From assembly GCA_964252035.1 (NCBI GenBank), contig OZ176205.1: a stretch of DNA of 64,000 nucleotides. One strand, written 5' to 3'. How positions within the stretch are numbered: position 1 is the first letter of the stretch; each line of letters opens with the position of its first letter. The DNA is from Podarcis erhardii (lineage: Eukaryota). The notes under the pieces were generated by a model. The model searched no databases. It saw only the letters and a list, made by a program, of their open reading frames with translations, and was not told the origin of the DNA. Both the position numbers and the translations under genes were made by a program. Of this stretch, positions 48,314 to 59,862 are shown piece by piece.

Positions 48314-50186
48314 TAAACTGTCCTTCATCCAAAGATCCCAGGGAAGTTTACATTACTAAAAGGGCAATTTACAATATACATTAAAAGATACAGAAATGGT
48401 CTAATAACAATAAAATAATAGCAACACACAATAATTAACAAGACACAAAAGAGAAAATGTATGAGATTTATCAAAGCTCTTGCTTAAAATATACAAGGCA
48501 CAGGTGGGAGAATGATAAGAGAATGAGAATAACTATCAAGGGTTAATTGACTTTCAGTTGTGTTATAATGCTTTTTCTCTGCAGATTTAAACCCACTGGC
48601 ATTTAGGGATATCTAGGGCTGACATAGTCGTATAGAAATCCTGCTAAGGCTAAATATGAAATTTCAGTAAAGTTTTCATTGCAATCAGCATGCTTGGGAA
48701 CTTGGCCAATTGTTACATATTTTGCAAGCGTTCAAGGCATGGGCAATTACTGACTTGCACGCCATTTTCAGCCCCAGAAGGGGGCAGAACAGGGCAGGGT
48801 GGGCTTATGCATGCCCCAACAACACACAGTATGACCCGAAACGCAACACTGCGCAAATGGGGAGTTGCCTGTACGGTATTGGAATTTGCTACTCAAGCAT
48901 TTTGTGAAGAGTTTGATGCTCTTGAGGTATAAAAAGGATCAGTGCTGTGATGCCCTTGAAAGATGCCCAGCTGTGCTAATCTATAGGCTAAAGGAGTAAA
49001 GAGAAAGGGGAATCTATGGCAGGCCAGTCTGGAGGCTACGGGGGATTATCAGATGATGACCTCTATTTTTTCTCAAAAATAGTTGCTGACCACTGAGTGT
49101 AAACTGTCAGATAGATACTTAATAATTACATATATTCATGTAAGAGGATAGGGGTTTATTCTCCTCACCAGTATGCCCCATTTGCTTTAAAAAGCAGAGC
49201 TCCCCACCCCAGTTAATACACAACAGAGGCAGACCCAAGTTTCAGCAAATACTGCCATCACATGTAGTTTGTGTCTCAGAGGTCATACAAGGCACAGATG
49301 CCTCAAGCTTATGGTTTCTGCAGCTGTTCTTAAAAAGAAGTTCACATTTCAAGCTACCTTCCTGACCAAAAAGAAAACTGGCCAAAGAAAATAAATTTGC
49401 TTTGCATAATCCACCTGTACATCTTTACGACGCCTCTGAAGACATAAAGCGAAAATACTGTCAGAAATATTATTGGCATACCTTTTGGCAAATCAAAATT
49501 ATTAAAAACTAACAATACTGAAGCAGGAAACTCAGGTTTTGTTATAAAAGCAAAGCAACTTGTAGCATGTAAAGGTTCGCGTTTTTGCTTATGCATGGAG
49601 TCAGATAAACCATAAGAAGGCTAAACCAAAGAAAGGCTTAGTTCTAGGCTAAGGAGAAAAGGAGGAGCTGAGCGGTAGCTATTTTTCCTGTGAGTATCCA
49701 CATGATAGTGCAATTGCTAACGTAGTAGAAAAATCAGCTAGAGAACTAGTACGGCCGAGAGCAAACAGAGGAAGCACAAAGGCAGCCTTTTAATAAATGG
49801 CTTACACCAGAGTCAGACTTCATTTATCACATTTGTATTCCATCCCTCCTCCTAACAGCTCAGGGTACATGGCGTTATCTCATTCTTTCCTAATATCAGC
49901 CCTGAGAGGAAGTCTGGGACTGGCCCAAGGCCACCAACTTAGTGGTCAAGGAAAAATATGAAATCAGATATTCTATTCTTCCATCCAGCATACAACTTGG
50001 GCTCTACAGTCAGTACAGTGTGATCTGGGAAAGAGCTAGAATGCCTCATAACAGGAGAGAGAGTGTGAAATAAAATTTGTAGAATACAGATGAGAGAGGA
50101 AACTGTTTCCAACACAAACATTCAATGACCATTGTCACAGTACTTTCCAGGTAGTATTCTGGTCCACAGCATGATGAAATAGAGTA

Positions 50187-50413
50187 CAGTGGTACCTCTG
50201 GTTATGAACTTAATTCGTTCCAGAGGTCCGCTCTTAACCTGAAACCGTTCTTAACCTGAAGTTCCATTTTAGCTAATGGAATTGCCACTGTCACGCAATT
50301 TCTGTTCTCATCCTGGGGCAAAGTTCTTAACCCGAGGTACTACTTCCGGGTTAGCAGAGTATGTAAACCAAAGTGTATGTAACCCAAGATGTTTGTAACC
50401 CGAGGTACCACTG
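50187..50413. mobile_element. Tc1/mariner-type MITE, family A variant
   Basis: CAGTGGTACCTCTGGTTA / TAACCCGAGGTACCACTG; left TA intact, right TSD reads CA. Confidence 0.88.
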
Positions 50414-52019
50414 CACAGCTGCACCCCACTAAACCATGCAAAGCTTAGTTGCACATTGCATGATGGGAAAACAAAAACACATTGTAAAAATGTTTGCTCA
50501 ATTTATGATGCCACACTAGTTAATATTTACCACAGAGCCCTAAAAGCAGTCAGTCACATTCTTCAGCACCTTTTAAAATGCGACTTTCATCTTCCATGTA
50601 AGTATTTTCTTGAACCACACACTTCTATAATATATGGCTTGATTATTTTAGTTTAATGTTTACTACTGTATCAATTTTGTGTATGGCACCTAAAGTAATT
50701 TTGACAGATGGTTGGGATGTAAATTGTGAAAATAAACAAATGGGGGGAACTTGCAAGCCATACATATTCATCTGTTCTTGCTGTGCATAGATGCGCTGGA
50801 AAGCCACAACTGAATGGTGCCTCTTAGGGCATGTACACCAAATGTGCATCTGAAGACATCATACGCACCTAACGTATGGTTTTCCTCCTTTTCCCCATAT
50901 ACTTAGCACTCACATGACTGAGAATGTGTGTTTTTGTGTGTCTGTTTCAGTCAATAGGCAGTAGAGAATGAATGTATATGAAGTGTCTGAATACTCTAAA
51001 ATGCTATTATTATGATTATGTTAGTACTATGATATGTGAAGGAAGACTATCACCTTTGAAGTGGCTCTTAGAAAGCAACTATTGGTGATTTTCTTTCACT
51101 TTGATACAAATAGCTGAAGAAGAAATAGCACATATTTCAGGATGTTTGAATGTAAACAAGAGAAACACTAAATCAACCTCACCCTCCTAATTTTGATTTT
51201 CTGAAACACATTTTTATTCTTTTTAGACACCAGCAATTCATGTGTGCACCAGTGCTGAGATTTATAGTATAATACTATGCATTTTTACTCAAAATTCATC
51301 TATGTTTAATAGGGCCCTAGTAACTGTTCATAGGATGGGCAGATCACATCACAAACCAGTACCTGTCTATATCATTATTTTAGTACCTGTCTATATCATT
51401 ATTTTAATAAATTTATTGCTCTCTGTTCCACTAAAATAAGTTAACAAAGCAGCAAATTTCACATACAGCAAAAATGTAAATAGAAGCAATCCGTAACAAT
51501 TGAAATACAAATGAAACTGAAAAGACAAAAACAAATTGCATCAAGATAATCACTTAATAGCCAGGAAAAATCTTTCTATAGCAACGTTGTCCCAGGCCTG
51601 GCAGCAGAATGAAAGCAAAGAAGCTGTTTGATAGATATTTCTCAAAAGAGAATTCCAGAAGATAATAGCCATAGTCAGAGCAGATGTGTTGAAATTAATG
51701 GGCACGACTAATTCAGGTCCTTTAATTTTAACAGGTCTACTCTGAGTACAACTCAGTGGAACACAAAGATTGAGTACAGTACAGAAGAGTCCCTTTTCAG
51801 TTGACCTAGCCAATGAACCCACAATACTTCTGTTCCAAGCCTCTTTGATTGGTCCACTGGGAAGAAATTCTTCCTGTGCATTTCTATCTAAGCCAAAAAG
51901 CCCTTCCAATAGGTAATACATCTACTACAACGAAGGTTATTATTTATATACCGCCCATCTGCCCCAGCCACTCTGGGCAGCTCCCAACAAAATATTAAAA
52001 ACATCAAATGAACATAGTA

Positions 52020-52245
52020 CAGTGGTACCTCGGGTTAAGTATTTAATTCGTTCCAGAGGTCTGTTCTTAACCTGAAACTGTTCTTAACCTGAAACACCAC
52101 TTTAGCTAATGGGGCCTCCTGCTGCTGCCGTGCCACCGCTGCACGATTTCTGTTCTCATCCTGAAGCAAAGTTCTTAACCCAATGTACTATTTCTGGGTT
52201 AGTGGAGTCTGTAACCTGAAGCATATGTAACCCGAGGTACCACTG
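52020..52245. mobile_element. Tc1/mariner-type MITE, family A
   Basis: Perfect TIRs and TA TSD. Confidence 0.92.
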
Positions 52246-52626
52246 TATGCATGTGCATTCAACTGCCTCCCTAAAGGTATCCGCGTCACCCAGGAAATGG
52301 CAGCCGCAGTCTGGAAAGGTCCCTTCCTGGTAGACATGGAAAAGCTGTTTTGAACAAAGCCCAGTGACGGAAGCACGCAGCTGTGTTGAGGCAGCATTGG
52401 GTGTTGAAATTTTGAGCCCAGGGCAACTGCTCCTGTGCCCCCACCCCCACGCTACACCATTGGCCTGAATTCTAAAGGGAGACCTCGCAGAACCAGGTGG
52501 TAAAATGTTTCCTGCATGATATTGGTGGCAGGGAGGAAAGTGACTTTGTTTGAATTTTTGTCAAAGAAGCTACCAAACCATCCAGCTCATCACTGCGGCC
52601 TATCCTAGCCACCAGGAGTTCTCCAA

Positions 52627-52773
52627 AATCATAGAATCATAGAGTTGGAAGGGACCCCAAGGATCATCTAGTCCAACCCCCTGCAATGCAGGAATATGCA
52701 GCTGTCCCATAGGGGGATCAAACCTGCAATCTTGGCATTATCTGCACTATACTGTGACCAACTGAGCAATCCA
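52627..52773 (-). mobile_element. Short tRNA-derived SINE with a CR1-type 3' tail
   Basis: Minus strand TGGATTGCTCAGTTGG...GGTTTGATCCCC (A/B-box-like) followed by GGGGGTTGGACTAGATGATCC...CCCTTCCAACTCTATGATTCTATGATT (CR1 tail). Confidence 0.75.
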
Positions 52774-52976
52774 TGGCCCCAGACAAAATATATTATTTTT
52801 GCTTAGTGGAGAAGAATTCAAACATGTTATCTTCCTACTTGTAGCTTGAAGTAATACTGCCCAGGAAAAGAATTACCACTTGATATTTACTGGTGTGACT
52901 AGCATACTCAAAAACCAGCACATCTTTATTTTTTTGCTGTACTGCATGCTCTGCTTCCTTTACTTCTTTACACACG

Positions 52977-53313
52977 TAAAGGTAAAGGGACCCCTGAACA
53001 TTAGGTCCAGTCGTGGCCGACTCTGGGGTTGCGGCGCTCATCTCGCTTTATTGGCCGAGGGAGCCGGCGTACAGCATCCGGGTCATGTGGCCAGCATGAC
53101 TAAGCTGCTTCTGGCGAACCAGAGCAGCGCACAGAAACGCCATTTACCTTCCCGCTGGAGCGATACTTATTTATCAACTTGCACTTTGACGTGCTTTCGA
53201 ACTGCTAGGTTGGCAGGAGCTGGGACCAAGCAACGGGAGCTCACCCCATCGTGGGGATTCGAACCGCTGACCTTCTGATCAGCAAGTCCTAGGCTCTATG
53301 GTTTAACCCACAG
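52977..53313 (-). mobile_element. Sauria SINE (young subfamily, 5' end clipped)
   Basis: High identity to the copies at 60957 and 63170; ends after GGTTTAACCCACAG. Confidence 0.92.
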
Positions 53314-53884
53314 GTACCTGGCACCAAATCCAGGACCATTTTTGCTGCTGCTTGTCCTTCAGATAATTTTTTTTGCTTGATAATTTTTTTCTCCCAAGCA
53401 TACAGTATGGTAATTTGATGAAACATTTATTTGGCCCCTTATTTTTTTAAAAAAAAATCCTTTTAAAAAAACCAAACCTTTGAACTACTCTTGAACGGAT
53501 TACGGGAGTAACTCTGCAATTGACATGACTGTCACAAAGGTGAGCCAAAAAGCAGTCTCCACAGCCAGATTATCATGGAAAGAGAAAGAATTGGTTGTTC
53601 CCACCTGAGGAATGCTAACTTACACATACACACACGGCAATTGTGGATGCACACCTTATGCAGCTTTCAACAAGAGATTTCAACCTATCCTGACAAAATC
53701 TCCTGTTACCTACAAAAGCTCAAGCCTATTTCCATATCTGCCTCTTTGAATAAAAGTCTACTGCCTCTAATCTCCTCCATCATTTTATTAATGATTTCTC
53801 TTCTTGCATTTGCCTCTCGTTTCTACCACCAAGTTTTGCAAATGCTAAAGAAAATGAAGAGATGCATAATTGTAATGATACCAG

Positions 53885-54053
53885 CTTCATTAGCAAAGAT
53901 ACATGAATTGTAGTTTTTATTTTGTAAATTTGTTTTTTGTATGGATTCCAGTTTAATTAATCCACACAATTAATTAATTAATTAAACTGGAATCCACACA
54001 AAAAACAAATTTACAAAATGAAAACTAAAATTCATGTATCTTTGCTAATGAAG
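53885..54053. repeat. Long inverted repeat: 77-bp arms, 3 mismatches, 15-bp spacer
   Basis: Arm 53885-53961 is the reverse complement of 53977-54053 except at three positions; spacer CCACACAATTAATTA. Confidence 0.95.
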
Positions 54054-56849
54054 GATGAGTATGAAAGTAGTTTTACTTTCCAAAGGAAAATGTTCAGCGA
54101 GTGAAATGATGGACAAATACAAATAAATTAAGTTTTGTAGCAAAGTCTCAGAGCCCCGTGCTTTCAAGACATCAGAGAGGAAACATTCCAAAGAGATTTA
54201 GTGATTTCATCAAAGGTCCCACCAGGGATTGCAGAGACAATCTCTCACCAGGGAATACAAGGAACAGGTTGTTCAATTCCTGTTTGGTCCCAAGAGACAT
54301 GACATCTCAACCTCTCCCAATACTAAGGTGCAACTTTGAACAATATTACTGAAATTTCTCATTAGGACTGCTCAAAACAACTTAGCACTACCACTGTTCC
54401 GCCTTGGAACTTTATGCAAAATGACAGGATAATACATGTATTATTAAAATATACAGGCAACACCTTTCAGTAAATGACAGCTGTACTTCTATGCATCACT
54501 TACATACTATGAGTAAACCCAGCTGAACAAAGTGGGACTTATTTCAAAGAAAACAAGAACAGGACAGTCATTTTACTAAAATATGGTGTTCCAAACTAAC
54601 AGCAGTCGACAAGTACACGCTACTTTTTTTAAAAAAAGAGGGACCTCTTTTTCAAGTTAAGTCAAGAAGCACTGTATCACTGACACAACAATCCTGCACA
54701 CTTCCCTTGCAGCATCAGGATAATATGCCTGCAATGCTACCAAAGGATACTACCAAATTGTATCCTGTAACAAGGATACAATGGAGAAGCAGGCCATGAT
54801 TCTTCATCCTAAGAACATGTTTTTGGCTCAGCTAAAACCTAGTTCTCACTAGATGTGGTAAATCAGTGTCTGGGCTATAACTGCTTTAGATGGGTGAGGA
54901 GCTGCTCATCACTGAATGGTTCATACCACAACCAACAAGATCCCCAGGCATGCACATCCAGATGGTGGAGACGTCAGGCACCATCCTGGCACCCAGGCAT
55001 CTTTGCTTGGTCGCAAGTGGTCAAAAGCCAGGTGCAAAATGCGCCTGGCAACTGCCTAATTTCGAACACTGCCAACAACAACAACAAAACCCTGTTTCCA
55101 CATAGAAAAGCTGATGTCAAAGGGTCTCCGAGTTCTAGCTTTGTCAAGACATGGGTTCACAACCACAGTGAGAAATATGCCTAAGTCTAGGGATCAAACT
55201 AATAAATTTGAAAAATCTATGCAGGCTAGCAAATACTTACTTACTTACTTACTGTTTTCATTTATTACACACTTATTTCATATTTCCTCCAGGGAGCTCA
55301 GAGCAGCATACATTCCCCACATTTCATCTTTACAACCATGGTGCAATGTAGCCAAAGCTGAGAGGCTGTGACTGATCCAGTCCATCAATCACATTGACAC
55401 TAGACTGGCTCTCAGAACATCTAACCCTGCTGTCAAGAGTAGTATCGCAAATATCAAATGGCTCACCAGTCTCAGACATTCCCAACTTTATTTAAAGTTT
55501 TGAGTAATTATCATAAAGGCAAGTCAATACAGAGAAAACGCTTGGTATATTATAAAAAATGGTTTCACCAGCCAGCAGCAACGTATGATTTATTCCCCCC
55601 ACCTTTTTTTAACATTCTGTTTGGGAGTGTGTGGGTTTCCCTTTGACTTCTTATAGCATTTAGACCGAGAAGCTTATTGATCAATACGAAGAAATCCATT
55701 CCGATTACCAGTAAAAAGTCATTGGTACAAGACATAAAGAATTCCCCCAAGAAGTGATCAAAATGATGAGGATTAAGGCTGCGTAATGAGACTACAAGTT
55801 CACAGGGAGACAGCGACAACAGAGTGAATGAGAAGTGACTCTAATGTGACTTGCCATGCCTCTTCTATTGCGACTACCACTGCAAAGTCACAAAAGATCT
55901 GTGTCTGCTCTGCACACAGCAAAAGAGAAGGAATGGATCAGCTGGCAGCAACGATAGTTGCCGCTTTTACAGCACAGAAAGCCTTGCTCATTAATTGCTT
56001 TCATTAGCAGATTTCATTTGTGTTTTCTAATCCACTTCAGGGTTAGAAGATGCCCTTGCTTCCCCTAGGTCAAGAAGCTGTGGGTGATGATATTCCAGAT
56101 TTGAAATTAATGAGTTGTTTTGCTGGTTGCAGTGTTAGGAGACTGGCAATGAATTGACATTTTGCTACAATAGTGGGGGAAGTACAAAAATGTCATCAAA
56201 ATCACAGCTTGTATAGTATCAGTCTAACGAATGCCAGTATCCCACAGCAGAGATGCTTCTTATCTGCGGTGTTTCTTACCACGTACTGGTAGCAGACCAG
56301 GTCTATAACCATTCTTTAGTATGTAAACTTCATACTCCATGTGGAATCCCAGGTTATTGGAAAACACTTCTCTCAATGATAAGTCCCATTTCAGTATGCA
56401 TCACCCTGTACTACACGTACACTTTTTAAGTCACTAGTCCACAGGGACAGTGTACACAGTTTGCAGGTTCCAAGTCTCCCCCTCCAAGACAGACACACAA
56501 ACACACAGCCATGCAGGCTTGCTGTGTACCATTTTTGTAAACTCTGGAATGCTTACCGAACACGTCTCATAGCTCAAAACATACAGCGCTGTGGCGGTCA
56601 CAAAATCAAACAAGATGGGGAGTTGCTCTTTCACCCTGGGAATTCAGGGCCTCCCGATTTGCTTTTTAATCTGCAAATATTTACAAGCCCTCTACAAAAC
56701 ATCACTACCTCTCGGCGGCATAATTCGGAAGGTGGCAACACGGACGCAAAACAATGAAAGGAGGAGTAGATTGGGGATGGATTGAGTTTCCAACTCTCCT
56801 TCGATGCTAATCTCTCCCTAGCCCCGGAATTGCACCAAACTTGGTCATG

Positions 56850-58350
56850 GTTGCAGGAATGCACATGACTCATGGCCGTATTGTGGATGGATCTGCAAAA
56901 GAGGCAGGTGGGCTGGACTGTGCGTTGTGTGTGTGTGCGCGTTTCTGTGCGTGAGCGCCTCGGAGGGAGGGCTGGGGGGGGGGCGAGAGAAAGCAAACTG
57001 CAGTGCGTGGGACTAGACCCAAGGGGAGTCGCAGATGGGGTTGGACGGCGCATCCTCCCGATCGCCACCCATGCAAAACAGTGGGCAGGCGCAGAGAACT
57101 TCTGGGGGTGAGAGGGTCAGCGGCAGCAGCCCCAGCCATAGCCCACAGCCTGCCTGCACACAGGGGGAGAGGGAGGAGCTGCAGATCATCTTCCCTCCCT
57201 CCCCCATCCCCCGCTCGCTCTCCTCCCCGAGCCTTGCGCTTTAAGGGGGAAGCTTTGCGCTGCAAGGGGAACCTGCGGGGCATCCCTGCTCGGCTCCACA
57301 TGGGCATCCTCTCCCTCCTTGCAACTCTGCGCAAGGGCACCATCACACGCAGCACCCCGTCCCCCGGCGCCCAGCTCTGCTTCCCAAGGACAGAGCCTCG
57401 CCAACGCCATGACAGTGTCTGAGAGGAGAAACTAAGCGCTTGGCAAGACCCCCCCCTCCCCGCCCGCCCGCCCGCCGGCCGAGCCCGGGCCGCCTGACCA
57501 GCCGCCGGCTCCTTGGCCCCTGCCGCCTGCCCTGCCCGGCGAGCGCAGAGTTCATTCATAGGCTGGCCCCGGGCCGCCTTGCGCACCCCGCGCACCCCTC
57601 ACTCGCGCACGGCGCGCCAATAAAAAGTTCAGAGCCCAACTTACCTAAAATGGCTCCTGCAGCAGCCAAAATACAAACAGCTATTATTTGGTGAAGTTTA
57701 GCCCAGACACCCTGCAAGGACAGCCTAGCCTGGCCCCGGCACGCCCCCGCGCTGCAGCCACTGGCCACCCGCAGCCCCCCGGCGCCTGCCATTGGAGAGG
57801 CGGCCCGTCAGCCAAGCGCAGCCCGCTCCAAGCTTGGCTGCAGCGCGCTTATTGCTAGCTCCATTGTGCTCCTATTTGCATTGATGTGATCGCTGCCGGG
57901 ATTGGCTGTGGCGAGGACCGAGCATTCCCCCCCCCCCCGCACCCTCCCCGCAATTCCTTTTGCCTCCCGGATCTGCAGCCCCGGTCCTTCTCTGCCCTGC
58001 CTCCCGCCCCCTTCCAGCTCTCCAGCTCGGTTGCCCAACGCAACTGTAGCTGCAACTTTCCAAAGGCTAGCAGAGGAGAGAAGGATTTCGCCCCCCACTC
58101 CCGTATCCTCCAATCAAGGGGTTTTTTACTTACTTCAGCCAGCATTAAAAGCGGAGGAGAAGAAGGGAGGGGAGGAGAAGCGGGGGAGAACCTCTCCCCC
58201 TTTGCATTCCACGTCTTTGCTCGCTTTTCATGTCCCGGATGTGAGATTTCCTGCATTTAAAGCACAGTGTCTGGAGGTGGAATGTGCAACCTCCGAGCGG
58301 GACGATGCAGGTCTTTTTTGTCGCGTGTGGGAAGGAGAAATGGGCATAAT
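56850..58350. promoter_or_regulatory. CHD6: CpG island / CHD6 promoter region
   Basis: Sharp rise in GC and CpG content relative to the CpG-depleted background. GC boxes at 57460-57476, CCAAT boxes (minus strand) at 57791-57795 and 57901-57905, octamer at 57874-57881, YY1-like AAAATGGC at 57647-57654. Boundaries estimated by eye. Confidence 0.85.
57645..57770 (-). other. CHD6: Candidate CHD6 exon 1 (5' UTR); 5' boundary unknown
   Basis: Consensus donor TAG|GTAAGT (intron starts at 57644) inside the only CpG island, on the CHD6 strand. TSS position is inferred. Confidence 0.65.
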
Positions 58351-59108
58351 ACTGGGGTGAGGGGAAGGATGCCAACTTTCCTTGTTCTAAGAGATGTGGG
58401 GTAGCGCCAATCTAGACGAGCTATTCCTTAGCGTAGCTTTCCTCTCCTCCCCCTCAAAAAAAAAATCTGTTGAGTAATGGTTGCAGTGGGAGTTAATCAA
58501 ACACATTCTGAAGACCTTTCTTTTGCTAACTGGTTTTAATGTTATTTTATTGGTTCCAGGCTAATGTGCGCAGTTGATACGCCGGTTGAATGGTGCACCT
58601 ATGGAACATTCCTGGAAAAGAAACATTGAAATAAGACCTCTTGCCTTCTGCCAGTTATGTTATTTTCTTTCCCCCATATGTAGGCTGGTGAGTAGGGTGT
58701 TACTCTTTGGAAAATATGAACAAGCTGATACAGCATGAGCAGAGTAGATCCTTGCCAAACATCTGTACGCCGATTCAGTCATGGAATTACTTCACAATGT
58801 GCCTAGTGCCCAAATTCACCCACATTTACCACAGGGACAGCTCAGTGCAGCTTTGTTGTGGCATAGCAGAAGTGGATGGACTTAGCAGATGGGGGGCATG
58901 GCACAAAGCAATCACACCAAGTGCTTCCCCATATGCTAAACGTGATGGTAGGGCCCAAGTTTTGCATGAACCAGGTTTCTGGTTCAATTTCCGATACTTG
59001 CTTAAGGTGCTGCTGCCTATTTTTGATGACCCAGCTGTAGAAGGAAGGGTTTGCTGCAGTTCTGATAGAGATACAGCAAATGTATAGCCTATATAGATGA
59101 ACATATAT

Positions 59109-59359
59109 GGAGCCAGTGTGGTGTAGTGGTTAAGAGCGGTAGCCTTGTAATCTGGGGAACCGGGTTCGCGTCTCCGCTCCTCCACATGCAGCTGCTGGGT
59201 GACCTTGGGCCAGTCACACTTCTCTGAAGTCTCTCAGCCCCACTGACCTCACAGAGTGTTTGATGTGGGGGAGGAAGGGAAAGGAGATTGTTAGCCGCTT
59301 TGAGACTCCTGAAGGGGAGTGAAAGGCGGGATATCAAATCCAAACTCTTCTTCTTCTTC
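59109..59359 (+). mobile_element. tRNA-derived SINE with (CTT)n tail (Squam3-like), young copy
   Basis: Same family as 8736-8987 with CpGs retained. Confidence 0.8.
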
Positions 59360-59699
59360 ACCAGGCCCAGCATCCCCTTCTCGCAATGGCCAACCAGATG
59401 CCTGTGGGAAGCCCAAGCATGACCTGAATGCAACAACATCCTACCAGCATTCAAAGCTGCTTTGCTGGAATAGATGGTCAGAAGCTGACTCACCATAGTA
59501 TGCAGATGAGGAGAATGGTCAGTCAGGGACACAATACTGTAATGTGATTCCCCGTCCTATCTTATATGGACAAGTCACTTTAAACCACCAATATTCCAAA
59601 ATCTCTCCTTTTGGAGAGATGCATTATTCTGAGGGTCAAAGGAATGGGTAAGACGTGAGGTGTTTAGGCAAGTTGTATAAAGACAGTGAAGGGTTCAAT

Positions 59700-59862
59700 A
59701 TAAGAAGCTGCCTTACACCAAGTCAGAACATTGGTCCATCTAGATCAGTATATTCTACACTGACTGGAAGTGGCTCCTCAGGGTTTTGGATGGTTTTTTT
59801 CACTCCTACTGAAGATGCTGGGGACTGAACCAGGGAGCTGTATGCAAACCTACTAAGCTAGA
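59700..59862 (-). mobile_element. Degraded tRNA-derived SINE (Squam2-like)
   Basis: Reverse complement of the family at 8683-9110 (AAGCTGCCTTA...CATTGGTCCATCTAG.TCAGTA). Confidence 0.55.

Noticed and set aside
53047-53052. SINE-borne AATAAA in the CHD6 sense orientation, and its absence from the other three sense-oriented intronic Sauria SINEs
   Set aside because: The difference tracks SINE subfamily diagnostic positions rather than selection, and isolated AATAAA hexamers are common in AT-rich introns.
15941-54053. CRISPR-like or prokaryotic systems suggested by repeats and palindromes
   Set aside because: No repeat-spacer array or operon-like ORFs; the DNA is clearly vertebrate, with spliceosomal introns and squamate transposons.
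56631-58360. Numerous overlapping 70-240 aa ORFs in the CpG island
   Set aside because: Stop codons are rare in GC-rich DNA; the products are Arg/Gly/Pro/Ala-rich with no recognisable domain.
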